In this document: positions 9,013 to 19,538 of the stretch, in pieces
Numbering within the stretch: the stretch's first letter is position 1
How the letters are laid out: every line of letters starts with the position of its first letter
DNA from: Nitrospinales bacterium
GTDB taxonomy: Bacteria > Nitrospinota > Nitrospinia > Nitrospinales > VA-1
Length of the DNA: 64,000 bases
Assembly (NCBI GenBank): GCA_965262115.1
Contig: OZ253496.1
Location: 1,376,001 to 1,440,000 of the forward strand
Direction: 5' to 3'
Made by a program: the position numbers and the translations under genes
The notes under the pieces: model-generated
What the model saw: the letters and a program-made list of their open reading frames with translations, nothing else
Database searches by the model: none
Told to the model about the DNA's origin: nothing

Positions 9013-10434
9013 CTATTTGGCGGTCATTCTGCTGACGAAATAAATGGACAGTGTGGCAATAATAAAAGCTGGAACCAGTTCATAAATTAAGCTGTCGGAA
9101 AGGCCGGTGGCTTTCCAGATAAGAGTCGTCAAAAATCCGCTCAGCATTCCTGCCATAGCTCCCTGCCGGGTTATATTTTTCGAGTACAAGGTAAATAAAA
9201 TGAGCGAACCGAAACTCGCTCCCAATCCCGACCAGGCAAACAGGACGAACCAGAAGATGACTCGGGTCTCGCCCAGCGCAATAAACATGGCCCCCAGCCC
9301 CAGCACCAGAACCGTTACCCGGCTGACCAAAAGAATACTTTCATGCGAAAGGGTTTTCTTAAGCATTTTGGAATAAACATCATGCGCCACCGCCGAGGCC
9401 GCAACCAGAATCTGTGCCGACACCGTGGACATAATGGCGGCCAGAACTCCCGTCAGAACCACCGCCGTCAACAGAGTTGGCAATAATTGTTCTGCCGCTT
9501 TGGGGAACAGGTGTTCGGGGTCCTCCAGCCCTGGAAACAAAGCCTGTCCGCAGATGCCCAACAAAATGGATGAGGAATAAACCATCAAGCCCCAGCCTAA
9601 AGCGATCCAGGTGCCTTTTTTGATGGCCTCATTATTTTTCGCCGCCATGTATCGGGTGATAACATGCGGTTGGCCGGGGTAGCCGAGTCCTATTCCTAAC
9701 AGGCCCACCGCAGAACCAAAAAAAGCCGCAGTGGATTTCCCGCCCATCCACTCTAATGTTTCGGGAGACGCTTTCCCCACTTCCACCAGCATTCCGGAAA
9801 AACCTCCCAGACTGGCCAACGCCGCCAAAGAAAGTAGGACCAGTCCTATTACCATAATGATTCCTTGGGCAAAATCGGTCCAAGCCACGGCACGCACTCC
9901 GCCCATCATGGTATAGATGAGCACAATCGCTCCACCCACAGAAATACTAACGATATGGGGAATTCCAAAAATAGCGTCGAAGGTTTTTCCGATAGCGGTG
10001 AACTGCGCCGCCACATAAGCCATCATGCAGGAAAAAATGATCACAACCGAAATCATGCGCAAGACATGAGTCTTGTCGTCAAAATAGTTTTCAAAATAAT
10101 CGGGAAGGGTGATGGCGTGATTCTCTTCAGAATGTTTACGCAGTTTCTCGGCCAGGAACAACCAATTGATGAGATAACCCAACAGACAACCGGGCAGGAA
10201 CCAGATTGCCGACAAACCATCCTTATAAGCCAGGCCCACAGTCCCCAGCACGGCCCAGGCACTTTCGGAACTGGCAGTGGAAGAAATCGCCGTCACCCAG
10301 GCCTTCAGCGACCGGTCGGCGAGAAAAAAATCCAGCGGCGAACGGGTCATCCTGGCCGTCCACACACCAATGCCCAGCATGGCCAGCACATACAAAGTGA
10401 AAACAATAGCAATGGTTCCGGATAGTTCAGTCAT
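9013..10434 (-). CDS. putP: Sodium/proline symporter (SSS family)
   Basis: DFFLADRSL, SESAWAVLG, GGVRAVAWTD, GYPGQPHVITRYMA and AAIMST motifs; ~13 TM helices. Confidence 0.88.
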   Translation of the reverse strand: MTELSGTIAIVFTLYVLAMLGIGVWTARMTRSPLDFFLADRSLKAWVTAISSTASSESAWAVLGTVGLAYKDGLSAIWFLPGCLLGYLINWLFLAEKLRKHSEENHAITLPDYFENYFDDKTHVLRMISVVIIFSCMMAYVAAQFTAIGKTFDAIFGIPHIVSISVGGAIVLIYTMMGGVRAVAWTDFAQGIIMVIGLVLLSLAALASLGGFSGMLVEVGKASPETLEWMGGKSTAAFFGSAVGLLGIGLGYPGQPHVITRYMAAKNNEAIKKGTWIALGWGLMVYSSSILLGICGQALFPGLEDPEHLFPKAAEQLLPTLLTAVVLTGVLAAIMSTVSAQILVAASAVAHDVYSKMLKKTLSHESILLVSRVTVLVLGLGAMFIALGETRVIFWFVLFAWSGLGASFGSLILFTLYSKNITRQGAMAGMLSGFLTTLIWKATGLSDSLIYELVPAFIIATLSIYFVSRMTAK

Positions 10435-10460
10435 ACCACTCGGCGCTCCTTAGCAGGGGT

Positions 10461-10965
10461 CGTAAATCATCCCGGCCCCTCGTGATATTGTTCCAAAGCC
10501 CTCGTGCCCGGCACGGGTACTTTGGAAAAGAGGGACCTTTGCATAACCTGAGATTCTCATTGATCCTCCCCTCTCATGAGGGGAGGCAAGGCGTAGCCGC
10601 GGAGGGGTGTGGATTATTTTTAAGGAATTCATAATCCAACCCTCCCCCAGCCCCTCCCTATGAAGGGAGGGGGGATTTCTGCTTCCACCTTTTTCAGGGA
10701 GGGCCAAGGTGATTTACCACCAGGAGGTTTCAGGTTGTCCCCCTTTTTCTCAAAGAGAGAGCTTTGCATAACCCGAGATTCTTCACTACGTTCAGAATGA
10801 CAAAACAGCTCTTTATTGTCATGCTGAACGAGATCGCATTGTCATTCTGAACGTAGTGAAGAATCTCGCTTTTCAGGTTTTTCGACTTATGCAAAGGTCT
10901 CCTTCCACGAAGTACCCCCTTGGGGAATGAAGGCTGATGTTAAATACCACAGGGGTTGGGGGGAT
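10461..10965. repeat. Composite repeat island (MITE TIRs, CCCTCCC/GGGAGGG hairpin repeat, GTCATTCTGAACG repeat, mini-elements)
   Basis: Near-identical modules recur at 15644-15701, 35187-35367, 51358-51661, 58676-59072 and 63001-63265. Confidence 0.85.
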
Positions 10966-11041
10966 TCGATCTTCCTGCTTGGAAGCAGAGTGGAGGAATA
11001 TGTTAGAATTCTTTTTTTCATTACTGATTAAATCTTTCTTT

Positions 11042-13549
11042 ATGGATAATGCTCATTCTATGACCCCCTACGAACCCAATTCCATCGAAGCCAAATGGCA
11101 GGCTTACTGGGAAGAACATAAATCGTTTAAAGTCGAACTGGATTCTTCCAAAAAGAAATATTATCTGCTGGAAATGTTTCCCTATCCTTCCGGGAGAATC
11201 CACATGGGCCATGTGCGCAACTACACCATCGGCGATGCGCTGGCCCGATTCAAACGCATGCAAGGCTTTAACGTCATTCACCCTTTGGGCTGGGACGCGT
11301 TTGGAATGCCAGCCGAGAACGCCGCCATTAAAAACAAGACCCACCCTGCCAAATGGACGTTTGAAAATATCCGCACCATGCGAAAACAGATTAAAGCACT
11401 GGGACTCAGCTACGACTGGGACCGCGAAATTGCCACCTGCCATCCCGGTTATTATAAATGGAACCAATGGTTTTTTCTAAAGTTCCTCGAAAAAGGCCTC
11501 GCCTACCGAAAAAACTCCACCATCAATTGGTGCGAAGACTGCCAAACAGTGCTCGCCAACGAACAGGTTGTGGACGGCTGTTGCTGGCGGTGCGATAACG
11601 AAGTCCTGCAGAAACAGCAGGAAGGCTGGTTTTTCAAAATCACCGACTATGCGGATCGGCTTCTGGAAGGTTGTAAAACCCTTGCAGGAAAATGGCCGGA
11701 ACAAGTTCTGACCATGCAGACCAACTGGATCGGCAAAAGTTTTGGCGCAGAAGTGGACTTTAAAATCCAGGAAAGCGATGAGGTCATAAAAGTATTCACC
11801 ACCCGCCCCGACACTTTATATGGAGCAATGTTCATGCTACTGGCTCCCGAACACCCACTCACCCACAAACTATCGCGCGGAACCGAACAGGAAAAAACCA
11901 TTGATGCTTTTGTGCAAAAGGTAAAAACACAAGACACCATCGCCCGAACCAGCGAAGGCGGCGAAAAAGAAGGCGTGTTCACCGGCGCTTACGCCGTGAA
12001 TCCCCTGACGGGAGAATCCATTCCTGTGTGGACAGCCAACTTTGTGCTCATGGATTATGGTACCGGCGCGATCATGTCTGTTCCCGCTCACGACCAGCGG
12101 GATCTGGATTTTGCCCGCAAATACGATCTGCCCGTTCGCACGGTCATTCAACATGAAACCGGCCCGGTAGATGCAGCCACCCAAGCGTTCACCGCCGATG
12201 GCGCTATGGTGAATTCCGGTTCTTTCGATGGCCTGGTCGGTCAGGAAGCGCGCAGGGCCGTTTGCCAGCATCTGGAAAAAGAAAGCATCGGAAAAGCCAC
12301 GATCCATTACCGGCTTCGCGATTGGGGAGTTTCCCGGCAACGTTATTGGGGAACACCCGTTCCAGCTATCCATTGCTCAGATTGCGGAATCGTGCCCGTC
12401 CCCGAAGACCAACTGCCGGTCGAGCTGCCCCTCGACGCACAATTGGGAGAAAAAGGCCAGTCTCCTTTGCACACTCTGGAATCCTTTTATAAAGTTTCCT
12501 GCCCAAAATGCGGAGCCGATGCCCGCCGCGATACCGACACACTGGATACCTTTCTTTGCTCTTCCTGGTATTTTGACCGTTTCACGTCACCTCGATCGAC
12601 GCAAGCACCTTTCAGCAAAGAGAACAATAACTACTGGATGCCGGTCGACCAATATGTCGGCGGCATCGAGCATGCCATTTTGCATCTGCTTTATTCCCGA
12701 TTTTTCAACCTGGTGTTGAACGATCTTGAGTTGACCGAGGTCTCGGAACCTTTTGCCCACCTGCTGACACAAGGCATGGTCATTAAGGATGGCGCCAAGA
12801 TGTCCAAATCCAAAGGCAATGTCGTGGACCCGGACAAAATCATCAATAGCTATGGCGCCGACACGGCCCGAGTTTTCATCCTGTTCGCTGCTCCACCCGT
12901 GAAAGATTTGGAATGGAGCGACCAGGGCGTGGAAGGATGCTCGCGGTTTTTAAAAAGAGTGTGGCGCATTTTCGGCGAATTCATCGGAGACGTTAAATCG
13001 GTCACATTGCCGGGAGAATCTTTCACCACCGCCGTTCCCGAAATCAAAGCCCTGCGGCGAATGACCCATATCACCATAAGACGGGTGACGGATGATATTG
13101 AAACAAGGATGCAGTTCAATACCGCCATTGCCGCGATTATGGAATTGGTCAACCATCTCTTCAGCTTCAGGGAATGGTGGGAAAACAACCGGGATGAAAC
13201 AACGAAGTTGGCCGTGCGGGAAGCTCTGGAAACATTGGTCCTGACATTGTCACCTTTCGCTCCACACATTGCCGAGGAAATGGCATCTATGATGGAGCCT
13301 GCTAAAGTTCTAGATCAGTGGGCTTGGCCCCAATACAAAGAGACTCTGACGCAAACCGATGAAATGTTGATCGTCCTGCAAGTCAATGGTAAGGTGAGGC
13401 AGAAAATTTCTGTCGCATCCGGCATCGGCGAAGACGAGTTAAAAACCCGGTCTCTGAAAGATCCCAAAATTCTGGAATGGACCCAGGGTAAAGAAATCAA
13501 AAAAGTTGTCGTCATTCCCAAAAAGCTTGTGAACATCGTTATCCAATGA
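11042..13549 (+). CDS. leuS: Leucyl-tRNA synthetase
   Basis: MFPYPSGRIHMGH (HIGH), FTTRPDT editing domain, GGIEHA and KMSKS. Start probably 11042 or 11060; the ORF-track extension lies in a repeat. Confidence 0.97.
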   Translation: MDNAHSMTPYEPNSIEAKWQAYWEEHKSFKVELDSSKKKYYLLEMFPYPSGRIHMGHVRNYTIGDALARFKRMQGFNVIHPLGWDAFGMPAENAAIKNKTHPAKWTFENIRTMRKQIKALGLSYDWDREIATCHPGYYKWNQWFFLKFLEKGLAYRKNSTINWCEDCQTVLANEQVVDGCCWRCDNEVLQKQQEGWFFKITDYADRLLEGCKTLAGKWPEQVLTMQTNWIGKSFGAEVDFKIQESDEVIKVFTTRPDTLYGAMFMLLAPEHPLTHKLSRGTEQEKTIDAFVQKVKTQDTIARTSEGGEKEGVFTGAYAVNPLTGESIPVWTANFVLMDYGTGAIMSVPAHDQRDLDFARKYDLPVRTVIQHETGPVDAATQAFTADGAMVNSGSFDGLVGQEARRAVCQHLEKESIGKATIHYRLRDWGVSRQRYWGTPVPAIHCSDCGIVPVPEDQLPVELPLDAQLGEKGQSPLHTLESFYKVSCPKCGADARRDTDTLDTFLCSSWYFDRFTSPRSTQAPFSKENNNYWMPVDQYVGGIEHAILHLLYSRFFNLVLNDLELTEVSEPFAHLLTQGMVIKDGAKMSKSKGNVVDPDKIINSYGADTARVFILFAAPPVKDLEWSDQGVEGCSRFLKRVWRIFGEFIGDVKSVTLPGESFTTAVPEIKALRRMTHITIRRVTDDIETRMQFNTAIAAIMELVNHLFSFREWWENNRDETTKLAVREALETLVLTLSPFAPHIAEEMASMMEPAKVLDQWAWPQYKETLTQTDEMLIVLQVNGKVRQKISVASGIGEDELKTRSLKDPKILEWTQGKEIKKVVVIPKKLVNIVIQ

Positions 13550-14058
13550 GACGAATACCGTTTAAATTCTGGATATTGCTCGCCCTGCTCCTTAGCGGGT
13601 GCGGGTATCATCTGGTAGGAGCCGGTTCCTCCCTGCCACCGCATTTAAAAACCCTCTCCATCCCCGTGTTCACCAATAGCTCCACGGAACCAGAAATTCA
13701 CCGGGAATTGACAAGTGCCATTATTGATTCCTACATCATGGATGGAAGGCTTAAAGTTGTCCGCAAAGGTCAGGCCGATATGGTGATGAAGGGAAACCTT
13801 TTTTATTACGAATTGGAGGCGGTCTCATTCAGTTCCGATGATTTTGCTTCAGATTACATCGTAAAACTGGGTGTGGATATTGAAGTGATTGACAAGGTTA
13901 ATAACAAACCCTACCTGAAACGAAAATTCAAAACCAAATGGGACTACGAGGCCTCCTCTGATATTGTCGATACAGAATCTGCCCGGTTCGCCGCCTTGGA
14001 AGAGGCTTATAACGAACTGGGCAACCGACTGGTGAGCCTGCTCATTGACCAGTTTTAA
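13546..14058 (+). CDS. lptE: LPS assembly lipoprotein LptE
   Basis: Lipobox LSGC followed by GYHL; conserved leuS-lptE-holA order. Confidence 0.85.
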   Translation: MRRIPFKFWILLALLLSGCGYHLVGAGSSLPPHLKTLSIPVFTNSSTEPEIHRELTSAIIDSYIMDGRLKVVRKGQADMVMKGNLFYYELEAVSFSSDDFASDYIVKLGVDIEVIDKVNNKPYLKRKFKTKWDYEASSDIVDTESARFAALEEAYNELGNRLVSLLIDQF

Positions 14059-14072
14059 TCCGTTGTCCCATC

Positions 14073-15086
14073 GTGACTCCTGACAACTTAATCCTGAAAA
14101 TTTCCAAAGGCCAAACAGAGCCTTTCTATTTTCTCTACGGGACGGAAACCTTTTACCAAACCGAAGTCATCCAGGCGCTGCGTCAACAATGGATCACCGA
14201 TGATAACCGAGACTTAAATCTGGAAACCTTCGATGCTCGTGAAAGCACGGTGAACCACTGGCTGGGGTCTGCCAGAACTCTCTCTTTCCTGGGCGGAACA
14301 AAACTGGTGGTGGTGCGTAATCTGCACGAGGCCGTCCCTAAGGATCAGGATGCCCAAACCCTCATGGACTACGCCGAGTCTCCCATTGCTGAAGCCTGTC
14401 TCATCATTACCGCTGACAAGGTGGACCGCAAAAGAAAATTATTTAAAGCGCTGACAGGATTAAAAACCGCAGTCGCCTGCGAGGCTCCTAAAGAAAATGA
14501 ACTGATAAACTGGCTCCGGAAACGGGCTGAGGAAAAAAGCTATTCGCTGTCCTCTGATGCGGCACGCTTTCTGGTAAACAGGGTGGGAGTCCGGCCGGGG
14601 ATTCTGGCAAAGGAATTGGAAAAAACTCTCCTCTTTGTTGGCAAAAACAAATCTGTTTCAGAACAGGATGTCGCTGGAGTGGTGGGAGAAAGCAAGCTGG
14701 AAAATGTTTTTGCCCTCACCGATGCATTGAAAACAAAAAATCCGGAGAAAGCGCTCCATCTGCTCAACAATCAAATTGGTCACGGGGAAGAACCCATAAA
14801 AATCCTCGGCACCATTGCCTGGCAGTTTCGAATGATCTGGGAAGTAAAACATTATCAGAAAAAAAACCTGCCATCAGGTCAGATTGCGAAAGTTATGGGA
14901 GCCAACCCTTATGTGGTGAATAAAGCTTCGCAACACACTAGCCGGTTCAGCGCACAACAACTGCGCAACGGATATTTGGAATTGGAAAAAGCCGATAGAA
15001 GCTTGAAGTCCACTTCGCAGGACCCCCTGGCAGTGATGCAAACTCTGATCCTCAACCTCTGCACTGGGCGTGCGGCCAGCCGCTAG
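14073..15086 (+). CDS. holA: DNA polymerase III delta subunit
   Basis: YFLYGTE, DLNLETFD, LSFLGGTKLVVV, ELEK and D..LKS motifs; synteny. Confidence 0.92.
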   Translation: MTPDNLILKISKGQTEPFYFLYGTETFYQTEVIQALRQQWITDDNRDLNLETFDARESTVNHWLGSARTLSFLGGTKLVVVRNLHEAVPKDQDAQTLMDYAESPIAEACLIITADKVDRKRKLFKALTGLKTAVACEAPKENELINWLRKRAEEKSYSLSSDAARFLVNRVGVRPGILAKELEKTLLFVGKNKSVSEQDVAGVVGESKLENVFALTDALKTKNPEKALHLLNNQIGHGEEPIKILGTIAWQFRMIWEVKHYQKKNLPSGQIAKVMGANPYVVNKASQHTSRFSAQQLRNGYLELEKADRSLKSTSQDPLAVMQTLILNLCTGRAASR

Positions 15087-15155
15087 CCGCGGGGGGCACA
15101 ATAGGCAATAACATTAATGAATGGACGATGGGTTAGCACGGCTGGAAGAGCTATT

Positions 15156-15267
15156 TACCCCTTCTACCCGTTCCCCTAAATTCATGCCCGGAACGGGTAG
15201 AAGGGGTATGTGATGTCCTCTTCCTTAACCTTCATGCCCCGAAGGGGTAATCCGGGGTTATGCAAAT
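15156..15267. repeat. Inverted copy of the 4645-4735 mini-element/MITE-end array
   Basis: AAATTCATGCCCGGAACGGGTAGAAGGGGTATGTGATGTCCTCTTCCTTAACCTTCATGCCCCGAAGGGGTAATCCGGGGTTATG is the reverse complement of ~4650-4735. Confidence 0.85.
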
Positions 15268-15277
15268 GTCACGCTGG

Positions 15278-15541
15278 CTAGGGGGTGCAGTTGACCAACC
15301 GGGTGAGGCTGGAAATTTTTCGGGACGCGGCGCGGGCGTGGAGGATGCCTTTACCGCCAACCTTGGCGATGACTTTCTCGGCGATCTTTAATTCTTTCTG
15401 GGCCTGCTCTTTGTTACCTGCCTCAGCTTCGGTACGCACTTTTTTGGATAACGTCCTGACCAGGGTGCGGTAACCTTTGTTTCTTTCATTTCTCTTCAGG
15501 TTCTGCCGGTTGCGCTTCAATGCAGATTTATGATTAGCCAA
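15278..15541 (-). CDS. rpsT: 30S ribosomal protein S20
   Basis: ANHKSALKRNRQ...KGILHARAASRKISSL; TTG start at 15541. Confidence 0.95.
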   Translation of the reverse strand: MANHKSALKRNRQNLKRNERNKGYRTLVRTLSKKVRTEAEAGNKEQAQKELKIAEKVIAKVGGKGILHARAASRKISSLTRLVNCTP

Positions 15542-15701
15542 AAACTGTCCCTCTATGTTGAATGTTGAAAACTTGTCGTCCCGGACCGGGCAACAAATAA
15601 TAGTGAATTGAGCCTTATACTTTATTCCTTCCATGTTGTCAAGGAGGCCTTTGCGTAACCTGAGATTCTCATTGATCCTCCCCTCTCATGAGGGGAGGCA
15701 A

Positions 15702-16991
15702 TGATCTTCCCCTGAATTGGTGGACACATCGAAAAGTGTGGATAATACACTTTTGGAGGTGTTTTTATGGGAACCAAACGCAGGAGTTTCAGTAAAGAAT
15801 TCAAGTTAGAAGCGGTTCGATTGGTTATTGAAGTAGGCGATAGCATTGCCCGGGTGTCCCGGGATCTGGGAATCCGTTCTGCCCTTCTGGGTCGCTGGAA
15901 ACAGGAGTATGAGGAGGATCAGGGGAATGCGTTTCCCGGCAAAGGACAGCTTAAGCCGGGAGATGAGTTGCAGCAGTTGCGGCGAGAAAACGCTCGCCTT
16001 CGTATGGAGCGGGACATATTAAAAAAGGCGGCAGTTATCTTTGTGATGTCCTCTTCATTTGTCTTCATGCCCCGAAGGGGTACTCGAAGGGTTCCCAATG
16101 AGATATCGGTTTATACGGGATCATCGAGAAGCATTTCCGGTAAGCCCGATGTGCCGGGTTCTGGAAGTGGGACGAAGTGGGTTCTATGCCTGGCTGAGCC
16201 GCCCCGAGAGCCTGAGGAGCCGTGAGAAGCAGCGATGGGTTGATGAGATCAAAACCGTTTATAAGAAGAGTCGCCAGACTTATGGCAGTCCCAGAATTCA
16301 TGAGGACTTGAAAGACAAGGGATATGCCATTGGCAGGCATCGTATTGCCTGTCTTATGCGCGAGCATGGAATCGTTGCCAAGCACAAAAGAAAGTTCAGG
16401 GTGACAACCGATTCCAAACATAATCACCCGGTGGCAAAAAACAAACTGCAACGGCGGTTTAATGTTGCTGAGCCCGGTCAATGCTGGGTTTCGGATATCA
16501 CCTATATCCCGACTCAAGAGGGCTGGTTATACCTTGCGGTGACGCTGGATTTATTCCACCGTAAAGTTATTGGTTGGGCCATGGATCGTTGGATAACCCG
16601 TTGGTTGGTAATGAGAGCTTTAAATATGGCAATGAAGAACGGCGGCATGAAACCGGGATTGATTCACCATTCTGACCGGGGGGTTCAATATGCCTGCAAC
16701 GATTTTCAAGCCTTGCTCAATGTTCATGGGATAGAGTGCAGTATGAGCCGGAAGGGCGATTGCTGGGATAACGCCGTGGCGGAGAGTTTTTTCCATACTC
16801 TCAAAGTGGAACTCATTCATAACCGGAACTACAAAACCCGTCAGCAAGCAAAGAAGGATATTTTTGAATATATCGAAGTGTTTTATAATCGGCAACGCCG
16901 TCACTAATATCTCGGCTATCTCAGCCCTGCCGAATTCGAGAAACAGGCCTATGCCTCTTAACTAACTGTCCACTAAAACAGGGGAAGATCA
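15702..16991 (+). mobile_element. IS3-family insertion sequence, full length but probably defective
   Basis: TIRs TGATCTTCCCCTG / CAGGGGAAGATCA; orfA HTH from 15767 (FSKEFKLEAVRLV); A6G slippery site at 16021; orfB DDE integrase 16098-16907 ([22 protein letters not shown]). A 41-nt insert at 16042-16082 and a premature TAA at 16905. Confidence 0.95.
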
Positions 16992-17186
16992 CATATAACA
17001 CAGGGGGGGGAGATGACAGTCGAAAAGGCCAACAGGCAGTAAATCACCCCAACCCGTCGGACAAGACGTATTCCTATTGTTCAAGTTTAAGAAAGAGGGG
17101 GATTAAAAACTTTCCCTGTCTGTGGGATTGCTTTTCACTCTCCCCGGCGAGGGTGCCGATTTTTTATCTGGCCCTGCGCCGAGCAG

Positions 17187-17261
<75 letters not shown>

Positions 17262-17455
17262 CTATAGGTCTTTTCAGGTTGGAAATGACGTACTTTACAC
17301 GCTCTGCCCGGCAAAAATCAACCCCCCACTCGGCGTGGGGCCAGTAACCGGCGAACCGCCAGCGTGACGCTGGACCCATTGAAAAATCTGATTCAGCCGA
17401 GAAAACCTGCCGCCAAACCGAGAGGGTTATTGCCGTTGCCTCCCTCGCTAGAGGG

Positions 17456-18244
17456 CTAGCTCACTGGCCGTCCAGGCCATACTGCGATTCGAACCCCGGC
17501 GAACCCGATTTTACTGACAACGATAATTCCAAAAGCCGTGCTTTCTTTGAACCACCCGATGGCGGTGGGGACAATGGCTTTCGGGTCCATACCCTGTTCG
17601 ATCAGTTGATAAGCGCGCAAGGCAGTCACCTGCATGGCGATGGCCTCGCCGTCACCGGTGGCGGCCACGGCTCCTAAAGGCCCGGCATAAAGTCCGCACC
17701 CGATAAGGGGAACATCGCCCACGCGACCGGGGATGGCGTTGTCAATACCGCCGGTGCTGAGCGCTGCGGCAAACTCGTCCCCCGACCGGACAACACAACC
17801 GACCGTGTCTGTGGTGGAAAAATCTTTTCCTGTATTTGCGATTTCATCTGGGGAAAGGGTCTGGCATCCCTGGTTCTGGGCAAACTCCGCCGCACCTCTT
17901 CCCGCCAGAACGCGGTACTCCGACTGGCTGACGATGCACGCGACCTGGACCGGGTTTTTGAATCCTTCCAACGCGGCGACAGCGCCAAAAGTGCCGGAAC
18001 TGTCCATACACGAAGCGTCCATCTCCACCGAACCGTCGTTGCGTTTATGCGATCCGACTCCGGCGTTAAAACGCCCGTCATCTTCCAGACTGGCGACAGC
18101 ATGACAGGCCGCATCGATGATGGGCTCACCCGTTTGCAGGGACATCATGCTCATTTGCCCTGCGATCGCGGTTCCATCGGCATGAGCAGGATCGGAACCG
18201 GCCCCACCGTGGGTTAAAACTACGATCTTTTTTTTATCTGTCAT
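17456..18244 (-). CDS. Isoaspartyl peptidase / L-asparaginase type 2 (Ntn hydrolase)
   Basis: HGGAG, LEDDGRFNAGVGS, EMDAS, DTVGCV (nucleophilic Thr), STGG and GRVGD motifs; start MTDKKK at 18244. Confidence 0.92.
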   Translation of the reverse strand: MTDKKKIVVLTHGGAGSDPAHADGTAIAGQMSMMSLQTGEPIIDAACHAVASLEDDGRFNAGVGSHKRNDGSVEMDASCMDSSGTFGAVAALEGFKNPVQVACIVSQSEYRVLAGRGAAEFAQNQGCQTLSPDEIANTGKDFSTTDTVGCVVRSGDEFAAALSTGGIDNAIPGRVGDVPLIGCGLYAGPLGAVAATGDGEAIAMQVTALRAYQLIEQGMDPKAIVPTAIGWFKESTAFGIIVVSKIGFAGVRIAVWPGRPVS

Positions 18245-18344
18245 GAGAATATTTGATAGAAATTTTGAAACACTGAGGTCAATAGTTGTGCGTGTATTAT
18301 AAATGAGGTAAGCTGAAGGCCAACCAAAAAAAAACAGAAAACCA

Positions 18345-18728
18345 ATGGTTAAGTTTTGCTTACAGTGCAAAAACGCGTTCTGGGGCGGACAGTATTGTCC
18401 GATATGTCCCGGCGAAATTGAACTGCTCGATGCCGCCCTGCCCGAGAACAAAAAATATCTGACGGAACTCAATATCGATGTGCGGCCAAAATATTATGCC
18501 CGTAGTTCCATGCTACTTTCCTGTTTCGGGTTTGTCATGGCCCTGCCTCTAGGCGCATTTTTATTTTTTCGCACCATGTCCTCTTCCGGCAACATAGTCT
18601 TGGGGGCCGGTGTTGGCATCGGTACCGTTGTTCTTTTCGCGTGGGGATGCTGGTATCTCTCCCACAGGCTCTTCGATAAACAAATGGAAGATGTTGAAGT
18701 CGAAGATAAAGAACCGCAGTTGGATTAA
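18345..18728 (+). CDS. Hypothetical membrane protein with N-terminal CxxC...CxxC
   Basis: FCLQC...YCPIC followed by two hydrophobic helices. Confidence 0.6.
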   Translation: MVKFCLQCKNAFWGGQYCPICPGEIELLDAALPENKKYLTELNIDVRPKYYARSSMLLSCFGFVMALPLGAFLFFRTMSSSGNIVLGAGVGIGTVVLFAWGCWYLSHRLFDKQMEDVEVEDKEPQLD

Positions 18729-18908
18729 CCGGTGAACCGCCGGTAGCAACGGGGCGGTGATACCCCTGCGGAGCATGAAGACTAAAGTGGGGACATCACA
18801 CGCACTTGCGACCACCAAAAGCATCGTTGTGATATTCTGCGAAATTCATAATCCAACCCTCCTCCAGCTCCTCCCTATGAAGGGAGGAGAGAATAAGGCA
18901 AGGACTTG

Positions 18909-18971
18909 TTAAGCTGAGAAGAACTGTTGCTCGCCAAAAAAACTATGGCTAATTGCCCCCACGGCTAGTGG
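18909..18971 (+). repeat. ~63-bp interspersed repeat (TTAAGCCGAGA...GGCCCCACGCCTAGTGG)
   Basis: Homologous copies at 17392-17454, 25362-25425, 26346-26408, 28328-28429, 37441-37544 (-) and 43766-43818. Confidence 0.78.
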
Positions 18972-19524
18972 CGGCAATAAATTTTTCTCTGGCTTGTTCG
19001 TCCTGTAATTGTTCTTCATCAATAACAGGTATGTCAGGAAAGTGTTTCATGAAGGCCCGGGCAAACAGTCCGGAGGTTTTTTCAACCGTTTCGCTGTGGA
19101 CAGGGGCATCTTTTATTGCGCAGGAAGGGGAACGGCTTTTAAAAATAAATCCACATACGTTCAGTCGCGTTAATTCCTCCAGCTTTTTAGAGCTGAAGTT
19201 GGTCATCGCATCCGTCTAGTCTTTTCCCGATTCGACACCTACCATGCGTACCACTACCCGTGGAGGGAGCTTGCTGATGCCGGGCGGCAGCTTTTGAGTT
19301 GAGTTCGAACTTTCTCCCGCTAGGCATTCATCGCCCGTCACGATTTGAACTTTTTCTCTCGGGACACCCATTCCCATTTCCACTTCAGGGCAGACCGGCA
19401 CCGCTTCGAACCGATCGTCTACGTCGAAAAGGTCGATCACGCCTTGGTTATATTTATGTTCCCCGTTATAACGAACCGATTGACCCAGCAGACAACTGCT
19501 GACCCCGATTTTGAGTTTTTCCAT
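18949..19524 (-). pseudogene. DUF523 / 2-thiouracil desulfurase family, interrupted by an in-frame TAG
   Basis: IGVSSCLLG..VRYNG, PVCPEVEMGMGVPRE, FIFKSRSPSC and GLFA motifs. The two ORF-track pieces are in frame across TAG at 19216-19218 (KD*TDAM). Confidence 0.85.
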
Positions 19525-19538
19525 TTTCCGGCTTCCAC

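Noticed and set aside
10450..10707. ORF-track peptides such as GGSRNPPSLHREG and VPVPGMKAKVKYH recurring at 51357, 58635-59113, 62935-63222 and 43039-43467
   Set aside because: They are translations of the non-coding repeat islands, not a protein family.
18909..18971. The 63-bp repeat as an integron attC site
   Set aside because: It lacks RYYYAAC/GTTRRRY ends and long dyad symmetry, flanks housekeeping genes, and no intI is present.
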